From IMG/VR virus record IMGVR_UViG_3300032260_000018, positions 1-29,026 of that record: a stretch of DNA of 29,026 nucleotides; one strand, 5' to 3'. How positions within the stretch are numbered: position 1 is the first letter of the stretch; each line of letters begins with the position of its first letter. The notes beneath the pieces are model-generated. The model did not search any database. It was given only the letters and a program-made list of their open reading frames with translations, and was not told the origin of the DNA. Source of the DNA: a virus. Taxonomy: Duplodnaviria; Caudoviricetes. Positions 17,127 through 25,238 of this stretch are shown in pieces. Position numbers and translations under genes: made by a program.

Positions 17127-19432
17127 TGTCATTTACGATCCAACGCAGCTTTACATCAGGAGAGATTTCACCTTCATTACGGTCTCGTGCTGATCTTGTA
17201 AAGTATGCAACTGGGTTGGCTTTATGTGAAAATTTCATAGTCCGTGCTCAAGGTGGTGTTTACTCACGACCTGGTACACGCTTCGTCGGTGAACTTGATG
17301 ATTCATTCAAGCGAGGCAGGTTGATACCCTTCAGTTTTAACACTGAGCAGACGTATGTTCTTGTGTTTGAACATTTGAAAATGTTCGTTATTAAAGATGG
17401 TGCATATGTGCTCGCTGGTGGCGGACCCTCTCTCTATTCGATAGCAACCCCTTATACTGAAGCAGAGCTTCCACGTCTTGGATTCACTCAGTCTGCTGAT
17501 GTAATGACGTTGGTACACCCGGATCATGATGATGCTGACTTATCACGCACAGCTCATGATGCTTGGTCGTTAACTGCCAACAGCTATACTTCAACAACTA
17601 CTGCACCGGGTGCATTGACACTTGCTTCTGTAGGAGCTGGTCACGGCAGTAATTCTAAAGTTTATACTTATGTTGTTACTGCAGTTGTTGACGGAGTTGA
17701 ATCATTAGCCTCCCCTTCTAATACAATAACTATTGGGTCATTAAGTGTCACTGCTGGGGTAAGAATTACTTGGACTTCTACAAGTGCTGACTACTACAGA
17801 GTATATAAAGATCCTTCTTTTGGTACTGATGTTTACGGTTGGATTGGGGATACGGACAACGCAACTTTTGATGATTTTAATTTGGCACCTGTAACAACTG
17901 ATGCACCTCCTGAAGATCGTCAACCGTTCGCCGGTGCAGGGAACAAACCTTCAGCTGTTAATTATTTTCAGCAGAGAAGGGTGTTTGCTAATACAACTAA
18001 TGAACCTCAAGCGGTTTATTTTACTCAAACAGCTAACTTTAAATCACTAAGAACATCTAACCCCACGCGAGATGATGATGCAATTACGTTCACCATTGCT
18101 TCTCAACAAGTTAATGAGATTCGCCATATTGTAGCGCTTGACGCTTTAGTTCTGCTCACCTCCGGTGGGGAGTGGTTGATCAGTGAAGGTCAGGACAAAG
18201 TACTTACCCCAGCGTCTGTAGGCGCTAGGATACAGTCCTACAACGGTTCTTCGTGGGTGCCCCCTGCTGTCATCAACAGTACAGTTCTTTACGTGCAGGA
18301 GAAAGGTGCCAGGATCAGAGATCTTGGTTATGAATTCAGCAGTGATAAGTACACCGGTAATGATCTTTCGTTAATGTCAGAACAGTTGTTTGAAGGTTAT
18401 ACCGTTGAAGAGATGACATATTCTGATGAACCTTATGGCATCTTATGGTGTGTTCGGGATGATGGAGTTTTACTTGGGTTAACTTATCAGCGTGAGCACC
18501 AAGTGTGGGGGTGGCACCACCACGTTACTGATGGTGAATTTGAATCAATAACATCCATTTCAGAAGATGGTCGTGACGCAGTGTATGTTATTGTAAAACG
18601 AACCATCAATGGCTCCACAGTACGTTATGTTGAGCGCATGGAGCCGCGTTTTACCAGCTCTCCTGAAGATGTATTTTGTGTTGATTCAGGGTTGTCTCTT
18701 GATAATCCGAGCACTATCACAGGTGCAACTCAAGCGAACCCTGTAGTTATTACAGATAACGGTCACCCTTACTCTGACGGGGACTTGATTGATATCCGTG
18801 ACATTGTGGGGATGACTGAGCTGAACGGTAATCGATATAAAGTTGCTGGAAAGACTACTAATACATATCAGCTTACCGATGAAGACGATGTTAATATCGA
18901 TGGTACGGGGTTCACTGCTTATGTATCTGGCGGGACATCTCGTGAAGCGGTTACAGTGATATCGGGACTTGATCACTTGGAAGATGAGTTAGTTGCTGTA
19001 GTAGCAAACGGGGTGGAAGTTACTGGGTTGACAGTTTCATCTGGTGCTATCACTCTTCCAAGAGCTGCTTCAATAATACATGTTGGGCTTGCATACATTC
19101 CTACTATGGAACTGCTTGATATTGATGTACCTTCAGCGACTGAAACATTAAAAGGTTTGAAGATATCAGTATCCAAAGTTATTCTCGAAGTTGAGAAATC
19201 ACGAGGAGGTTGGGTTGGTGGCAAGCAGTTTGATGGAACCTATGACATGGTGGAAATCAAACCTCGCTTTGATTCAGATGGTTATGGCGCTATTGCGTTA
19301 AAAACTTTCAAAGAAGAGGTGGTGATACCACCTAACTGGGGTGTAGGTGGTGGCGTTCGTATTGAACAGCGTTCCCCTTTTCCATTAGCAGTATTGTCAG
19401 TAATTCCAGATGTTACTGTAGGGGGTGCATGA
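17126..19432 (+). CDS. Tail nozzle (tail tubular protein B-like) with an inserted E1-FCCH-like domain
   Basis: 'QRSFTSGEISP....R.D..KY', 'RLIPF.F...Q.Y.L.F', 'Q.ADV..LVH' and 'FQQR..FA' motifs; 769 aa. Confidence 0.9.
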   Translation: MSFTIQRSFTSGEISPSLRSRADLVKYATGLALCENFIVRAQGGVYSRPGTRFVGELDDSFKRGRLIPFSFNTEQTYVLVFEHLKMFVIKDGAYVLAGGGPSLYSIATPYTEAELPRLGFTQSADVMTLVHPDHDDADLSRTAHDAWSLTANSYTSTTTAPGALTLASVGAGHGSNSKVYTYVVTAVVDGVESLASPSNTITIGSLSVTAGVRITWTSTSADYYRVYKDPSFGTDVYGWIGDTDNATFDDFNLAPVTTDAPPEDRQPFAGAGNKPSAVNYFQQRRVFANTTNEPQAVYFTQTANFKSLRTSNPTRDDDAITFTIASQQVNEIRHIVALDALVLLTSGGEWLISEGQDKVLTPASVGARIQSYNGSSWVPPAVINSTVLYVQEKGARIRDLGYEFSSDKYTGNDLSLMSEQLFEGYTVEEMTYSDEPYGILWCVRDDGVLLGLTYQREHQVWGWHHHVTDGEFESITSISEDGRDAVYVIVKRTINGSTVRYVERMEPRFTSSPEDVFCVDSGLSLDNPSTITGATQANPVVITDNGHPYSDGDLIDIRDIVGMTELNGNRYKVAGKTTNTYQLTDEDDVNIDGTGFTAYVSGGTSREAVTVISGLDHLEDELVAVVANGVEVTGLTVSSGAITLPRAASIIHVGLAYIPTMELLDIDVPSATETLKGLKISVSKVILEVEKSRGGWVGGKQFDGTYDMVEIKPRFDSDGYGAIALKTFKEEVVIPPNWGVGGGVRIEQRSPFPLAVLSVIPDVTVGGA

Positions 19433-19896
19433 TGACACCTGTGGAGTTTCTCAAACCGACTGATGAAATGGTTGAATTTATTGCTGCTAATATGCGTGAA
19501 GCGGATAGAGTTGAAGTGATGGCTTCTCATGGTCATGCACCTTTAGAGGCACTACAATCAAGTTTAAAAGCATCACAGCTATCGACTGTAGCCTGTGTTG
19601 AAGGAGTACCGTGTGTAGTACTTGGTTTAGTGATTCATGATTTGTTAGGGGGTAAAGGCTCTCCCTGGATGCTGGGTACTGAATATGCGTTAAAACACCG
19701 TCGACAATTTTTAACTGAAACACCATTGGTTATTGGTGAGATGTTAAGAAAGTGTCGAAAGTTGGTTAATCACGTTCACTGTGAAAATGAGGAAAGTATT
19801 CAATGGTTGCGATGGTTGGGGTTCACTCTTGAAGATCTTGCACCGTACGGGGTAGCAGGTGATATGTTTCATAAGTTTCACATGGAGAAAACATAA
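19429..19896 (+). CDS. GNAT-fold protein (T7 gp13/DUF2833-like)
   Basis: 'IAANMREADRVEV.A', 'PWMLGT' and 'L.NHVH.EN..SI.WL.WLGF' motifs. Confidence 0.8.
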   Translation: MMTPVEFLKPTDEMVEFIAANMREADRVEVMASHGHAPLEALQSSLKASQLSTVACVEGVPCVVLGLVIHDLLGGKGSPWMLGTEYALKHRRQFLTETPLVIGEMLRKCRKLVNHVHCENEESIQWLRWLGFTLEDLAPYGVAGDMFHKFHMEKT

Positions 19897-20483
19897 TGTG
19901 TGAACCAACTACAATTTTATTGATTGCGTCAACTGTCGCAACGGTTGCACAAGGTTATCAAGCACGCCAGCAAGCTAAATCTCAAGCTAAATATGAGGAA
20001 GGTGTTGCTCAATATAATGCCCGTACTCAAGAGAATGAAGCTACCAAAATAGCCAATAAAGGGATTGAGGCAGAGAATGAACAGCGACGTAGAGTTGCTG
20101 AAGCTAAGTCTGCACAACTTGCACAGTTCGGAGCTTCAGGGGTGGATCCGCTGACAGGTTCAGCATTGAAGATCCAAGAAGAAACCGAAACCCTCGGTGA
20201 GATTGATGCACTCAGAGTTCGTAGTAGGTTCCTAGATCAAGCTGAGTCTCTTAGAGCACAGGCGGGACTTACACAGAGTGAGGGTGAAGCAAAAGCAGGT
20301 TTCACTCGTGCTAAAGGGCAAGCTGCTTTTACCGGTTCAATAGTGTCTGCTGTAGGTCAAGTGGCAGGTTCTGGGGTAGCTTCAAAATGGTTTACTCCTA
20401 ACAGTGCAGCTGTTGTTTCATCACAGGGAACACAACCTGTGTTATCCGGTGGTGGCGGCGCTCCAGTGTTTGAGGCGGCGTAA
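19896..20483 (+). CDS. Internal virion (ejection) protein, gp14-like
   Basis: 'MCEPTT' start, Ala/Gln-rich helix, and 'ASGVD..TGSAL'. Confidence 0.75.
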   Translation: MCEPTTILLIASTVATVAQGYQARQQAKSQAKYEEGVAQYNARTQENEATKIANKGIEAENEQRRRVAEAKSAQLAQFGASGVDPLTGSALKIQEETETLGEIDALRVRSRFLDQAESLRAQAGLTQSEGEAKAGFTRAKGQAAFTGSIVSAVGQVAGSGVASKWFTPNSAAVVSSQGTQPVLSGGGGAPVFEAA

Positions 20484-20486
20484 GAT

Positions 20487-22133
20487 ATGCCAACTGTTCG
20501 ACAATATAGATCACAAGTAGAAACTGCGGTTGTACCTGGTGCAAAGGCTAGAGGTGTTGGCAGCTTTGATACAGGCCAGGGCGCTGTCTTTCAAGGTGTC
20601 TCTGATTTAACCCAGGGGCTTGGTCAGTTACAACAACGCTTAGACACCACTGCTGCTGAAGATGCAATGGTGAATTTCGAACGTGATAAGAATAAATTAT
20701 TTTTTGATCCAGGCGCCGGGTATTTTAATACTCAAGGTCGTGATGCTTTTGATAACGCAAAAGATGCGAACAAAGCACTTGAAGATCTGAAGCGTAAATA
20801 TTCTGAAGGACTCAGCACTACTGAAGCGCGTGTTATGTTCGATGGAGTTGCCCAACAACACATCACCAGGGGTAATGCTGACATCATTCGTCACGCCTCT
20901 CAGGGTGCGCGTGCGTGGGAGGTAGCCACTATCAAGGCCGGTGTTGAGAACACCATTGAGAATGCCGCTCTGTACCGTAATGACCCTGACCGGTTGAAGG
21001 TACAGAATGCCCTCGGCAGGCAGCATGTGATTGATGCTGCAAAGCTTGAAGGACTTGATGGTGAGGTGTTGAACGAACGCCTGCAGACTTATGACTCCTC
21101 GTTTGCCAGAACATCAATCGAGTCTTCTATTGCAGATAGTGCCGCACAAGGTCGGACTGCTTTGGAGAAGATGGGTGATATGTTGGGAGGCCCGGATAGA
21201 GCAAACATTGAAACTAAGATCAAGCAGCGTGAGAAAGTTGAGAAGACTGCGTTTGACTCTCAGCAAGCGGTACTGATAGCCAATAAGTTGGTCAGTCAGT
21301 ATGACAACTTGACTGATATCACTGCTGAAGTTGAGAAGATTAAAGACCCTGATATTCAAGATAAAACACTCCGTGAAGCGCGTGAGCGATACAATCTGAA
21401 GAAAGCAGGTGAGAAAGAACGTGAGGCAGATGCCTATGAGACTGGTATTGATTTTGTAACTGAAGGAGGTACAGTCCAGGCTTTTCAGGCTCAGTATCCT
21501 GAAGAGTGGGAAACCATGTCTGCTGGGCAACGTAACAATCTGGCATCTGGTCGGCACAATGTGACTGATCAAGTGTTGCTGAGTTCGTTGTTGAACAAAC
21601 CCCCTGCTGAATTGGCGAAGGTGAACCCTGCTGATCACGCTTCTAAATTATCAAAAGGTGATCTCGGTAAATTAAGAACAGCAGTTAATTCTGCCAAAAA
21701 AGGGAAAACTATCACCAATATTCAAACTCCTGCTGCAAAAGTTAAATCGATTGCTCAGGAGTTCTTTGGTGCATCAAAAACTTGGAAAGGTAAGAAAGGT
21801 GAGAGAGTTAATGAATTTCTTGCCGCTGCTCAGACTCGAATTGAAGATGTTGAAACTTCGACTGGTAAGAAATTATCACCCACTGAGCTTGATAAAGTAT
21901 TGGCTGAGTTCAGCCACGAAGTGGTAATAGAAGACACCTTCTTATTCTTTGATACAACTTACAGTTTGAAGAATGTACCTCCTCAAGAATTGAGCGCAGT
22001 CAACCGTGTCATCGACACCCTTGGTGAAAACTCTAAAGAAGATGTGCTGGCTGTCAGAGAGTACCTGATTGAAAACAATATATCTGTGACGTTTGATAAC
22101 ATCAGTAGAGCATATGAGCAGGCCACACAGTAA
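20487..22133 (+). CDS. Internal virion (ejection) protein
   Basis: 548 aa helical protein starting MPTV..Y, in the expected syntenic position. Confidence 0.7.
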   Translation: MPTVRQYRSQVETAVVPGAKARGVGSFDTGQGAVFQGVSDLTQGLGQLQQRLDTTAAEDAMVNFERDKNKLFFDPGAGYFNTQGRDAFDNAKDANKALEDLKRKYSEGLSTTEARVMFDGVAQQHITRGNADIIRHASQGARAWEVATIKAGVENTIENAALYRNDPDRLKVQNALGRQHVIDAAKLEGLDGEVLNERLQTYDSSFARTSIESSIADSAAQGRTALEKMGDMLGGPDRANIETKIKQREKVEKTAFDSQQAVLIANKLVSQYDNLTDITAEVEKIKDPDIQDKTLREARERYNLKKAGEKEREADAYETGIDFVTEGGTVQAFQAQYPEEWETMSAGQRNNLASGRHNVTDQVLLSSLLNKPPAELAKVNPADHASKLSKGDLGKLRTAVNSAKKGKTITNIQTPAAKVKSIAQEFFGASKTWKGKKGERVNEFLAAAQTRIEDVETSTGKKLSPTELDKVLAEFSHEVVIEDTFLFFDTTYSLKNVPPQELSAVNRVIDTLGENSKEDVLAVREYLIENNISVTFDNISRAYEQATQ

Positions 22134-24088
22134 TGGCTCTTGATTTTGAAAAAGTTGATCTTGGTTCTTTTGGTGTAAATGAGGAAGAAAATCGTTTGCG
22201 TGGGACTGCAACTGAAGCCTTCAAAATCAATCCTGACCAACATGCTAAAGTCACTAGGTTAAGTCGTGAAACTAATGCTCCTGTTGTAGCGATTGAATCA
22301 AATCCTCAAGCGGTTGAACAGAAGCTTAAACTTGATCAGATTGATTTCAGTAGCATAGCTGAAAACAACCCTACAACATCTAAGTTCATTAGCAATTTTG
22401 ACAATGCTGTAATCGCTCAAGATGACATTGGTTTTTTACAATCCATTGAAGATTCATTGAGTGATACAAGCACTGTTGTCAAAGAACATGGGGTAGGTAC
22501 TGCGGCTGCTGATTTTGCAAGAGAGATCCCCAGTGGTGCTTTGGATCTCATAGGTGGTGGCGCTCAAGGGTTCAGAAGGTTCAATGAAGATTTCGGTAGA
22601 TTTGTATCACAATCAATAAGATACATGGGTGCTGAATCCGTTGCTAACTTTCTACAAAAACCAAGAGATATACCGATTTACCTGGACCCTACCACTTCTA
22701 TCGGGGAGACAGGGGAACTCATTTCCTCGCTGGCTACAATCATTGGAGCACCTAAAGAAAGGAAGGCGTTTCATACTGAGGTTGGTAGTGCGTTAGGGCA
22801 AATAGCAAGTTTTGCAGCTTCTGCCGGGGTAACTTTACCCTCGTTCTTCCTATCAAGTTATGCACAAGGAGCTTCTGAGGCTGATGAGAAAGGTGCTGAT
22901 GTAGAGACTCAAAGAGCTGCTGGCATGCTTTTTGGGTTGACAACTTTGGCAGCTGAAAAAACCGGGATGGATTTGATTCTTAACCGGGTTCCACCAAAGA
23001 TCAGAAACACTTTCATTCGTAACACCGTTGACGTAGTTATAGGTGCCGGGATAGAAGGTGCTGAAGAGTGGGTGGAAGGAGTCACACACCAACTGATAGC
23101 TAAAGGGCTATATGATCCTGATGCTGAGATCGACCTGACACCGGGTGTAGAAGAGGCTTCAGCGGGTACAGCTGCGGGTATCGTGAGAATTATCCTCGGT
23201 GCGATGGGGGCAAAAGTACGCAAAAGTGACGTTGTTGCTGAGCAGCAATTGGACAGAGAACAACAGTCAATCACCGAGCAGCGTACTATTGACTCCATTG
23301 CAGCAGATGCTGGAAAGGCAAAGATCAATGAAATTGATAAAGAATCTTTCCGTCAATTTGTAAATGAAGCAGGCCCGGATTCCAACGTGTTCATCGACGG
23401 TGAGCAAGCAGCTCTCTATATGCAGGATAAAACTCCTGAAGAGATTAACACTGACCCAGGTCTTAAGTTGATTGGAGATCAGGTTCAGGAGGCTGCTGCG
23501 GTCGGTGGGGATGTCGTGATATCAGTGGGTGACTTTGCTGCTGATATTGCCAATACGGAGCACTACGACGCTCTGCGCCCCAGTATGACCATGAGCGGAG
23601 AGTCTATTCCGCCCTTCCGTCAAGAGATCGATCAGACTGAAACCGATAACTACATTCAGAAATTGACTGAGATAGCACAGGAGAATGTCAGTCAATATGT
23701 TGAATCGCAAGAGATTTATAACAATGTGCGCGGGCAACTGATTGACACAGGTCAAATGTCCCCTCAAGCTGCCAGTGTCAGTGCAGAGATCGTACCAGCC
23801 TGGTTTACAGTGCATGCTCAAAAGACCGGTGTAACAGTGGAGCAAGCGTATAAAGATGCGGGGTTGACGATAGAAGGTCCACAGACAGGTCGACCCGCCG
23901 AGTTAGGCCCAGATGTGTTAGAACAAGAAAAACTTGATAGGTATAAACAAGTCAATGTCACCACTACAGCTACTGTTGCTGAAACTGGGGAAGTGGTGGA
24001 AATTACAGAACCCGGTGACATAGTGTATACTCGTACACTAAGTAGAGTGGAATCAATTGAGAATATGATTAAATGTCTACAGTCATAA
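22133..24088 (+). CDS. Large internal virion protein (apparently a short version)
   Basis: 651 aa with 'EGAEEWVE' and GAG-rich hydrophobic helices typical of podovirus ejection proteins. Confidence 0.7.
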   Translation: MALDFEKVDLGSFGVNEEENRLRGTATEAFKINPDQHAKVTRLSRETNAPVVAIESNPQAVEQKLKLDQIDFSSIAENNPTTSKFISNFDNAVIAQDDIGFLQSIEDSLSDTSTVVKEHGVGTAAADFAREIPSGALDLIGGGAQGFRRFNEDFGRFVSQSIRYMGAESVANFLQKPRDIPIYLDPTTSIGETGELISSLATIIGAPKERKAFHTEVGSALGQIASFAASAGVTLPSFFLSSYAQGASEADEKGADVETQRAAGMLFGLTTLAAEKTGMDLILNRVPPKIRNTFIRNTVDVVIGAGIEGAEEWVEGVTHQLIAKGLYDPDAEIDLTPGVEEASAGTAAGIVRIILGAMGAKVRKSDVVAEQQLDREQQSITEQRTIDSIAADAGKAKINEIDKESFRQFVNEAGPDSNVFIDGEQAALYMQDKTPEEINTDPGLKLIGDQVQEAAAVGGDVVISVGDFAADIANTEHYDALRPSMTMSGESIPPFRQEIDQTETDNYIQKLTEIAQENVSQYVESQEIYNNVRGQLIDTGQMSPQAASVSAEIVPAWFTVHAQKTGVTVEQAYKDAGLTIEGPQTGRPAELGPDVLEQEKLDRYKQVNVTTTATVAETGEVVEITEPGDIVYTRTLSRVESIENMIKCLQS

Positions 24089-24408
24089 AACAATCTGAGC
24101 TGGAGAATCGTCGGCTTGCAGGGGCTAAGGTTGTCTCTCGGACTTCTTCTCCCGTGCAAGAATCTCAGAAAGTTGACATAACGGTAGAATCTGAACCGGT
24201 ATCTGTTGAAGTAGAGCTTGCTCCTGTTCAGGTAAATACTGTAACCACAGTTGATGCAACTGCGCTTATGCAGCAAATAGCGGCACTCACCGCCGTAGTT
24301 CAAGAGTTAATTGAACTTCGGAAAAACCCGCCAAGCTTGGGGGTTGTTAGAAGTTCAAAAGACGGGAAAATACTGCGAATTAATCCGATACCGCAGAGTG
24401 AGAATTAA
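24073..24408 (+). CDS. Hypothetical protein
   Basis: 111 aa, overlapping the previous gene, with a V/P-rich middle and a C-terminal 'V.R...G.I..I' motif. Confidence 0.7.
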   Translation: MSTVIKQSELENRRLAGAKVVSRTSSPVQESQKVDITVESEPVSVEVELAPVQVNTVTTVDATALMQQIAALTAVVQELIELRKNPPSLGVVRSSKDGKILRINPIPQSEN

Positions 24409-24410
24409 TC

Positions 24411-25238
24411 ATGCAGGGGCTTGATGTTTCAGCACATCCGAACGTTGAAGTTCGCAATGATACTCAGATTATCTACCTCAAAGGCGATGAGGACACAGAC
24501 GGATCTCTAAGGATGATCCCTTCAGTCGATCAGCAAGAATTCCACTTCCAGATACGGTTGGAAGGTGTTTGGGCAGACGCAAGCATCCAGATTTCAGTGG
24601 GTTCTATTGTAATGGGGTTAGACCTGCAAATTGAATCAGCCGGAGGCTGGATTATTACCAGTTCACACGGCACTTCCGGCGCAGTAAAAAGAATAATCCC
24701 ACATACTCACTTTAGCGATAACGGGTCATTTGGTAGGCATTCAGCTGAAGTTGGAAAGAAGGTTTTCAGAAATATTATACAGCCTGTATATGATGACGAA
24801 ATAATAGTAACAAGCACATCCACAATAATCGTTCCGCCTGTTAATGCCTGGATATCAAAGGTCTATGTGAAGATAGGTAGCGTTGCTGCCACCGAGAATG
24901 TAATGGTAACGCTTAGACGCATAAATGAATTCGGCAGTATATATTTTCAAAGAGAATATCCACCTCATGTCTTTGGTCCCGCACTCACTGAGGTGGAGGT
25001 TGAGCTAAAAGGGTTAATCCAAATTACGGAAGGTTTCCCGGTTCATGTACAAATAGAGAGTTCGGCCAACCTGTCTTTTCAGTCTTACAGTCTTACAGAT
25101 CAAATATGGTATGCCCTTGATACTCAGGCTTTCGAGGCAATCGGGTTTTTACAGGACTCAATGACACTAACAAATGATGCAGGCTTAGTGTTTTCCAATA
25201 GCGGCGATTTCGTAACAGCGAGTAAATTTAATGGCTAA
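24411..25238 (+). CDS. Hypothetical virion-associated protein
   Basis: 275 aa with a 'YLKGDEDTDGSLR' motif seen in phage fibre-related proteins. Confidence 0.7.
   Translation: MQGLDVSAHPNVEVRNDTQIIYLKGDEDTDGSLRMIPSVDQQEFHFQIRLEGVWADASIQISVGSIVMGLDLQIESAGGWIITSSHGTSGAVKRIIPHTHFSDNGSFGRHSAEVGKKVFRNIIQPVYDDEIIVTSTSTIIVPPVNAWISKVYVKIGSVAATENVMVTLRRINEFGSIYFQREYPPHVFGPALTEVEVELKGLIQITEGFPVHVQIESSANLSFQSYSLTDQIWYALDTQAFEAIGFLQDSMTLTNDAGLVFSNSGDFVTASKFNG

Noticed and set aside
10440-24303. Numerous antisense or alternative-frame ORFs within the terminase, portal, tail and ejection genes
   Set aside because: Typical shadows of long coding genes, without SDs or motifs.
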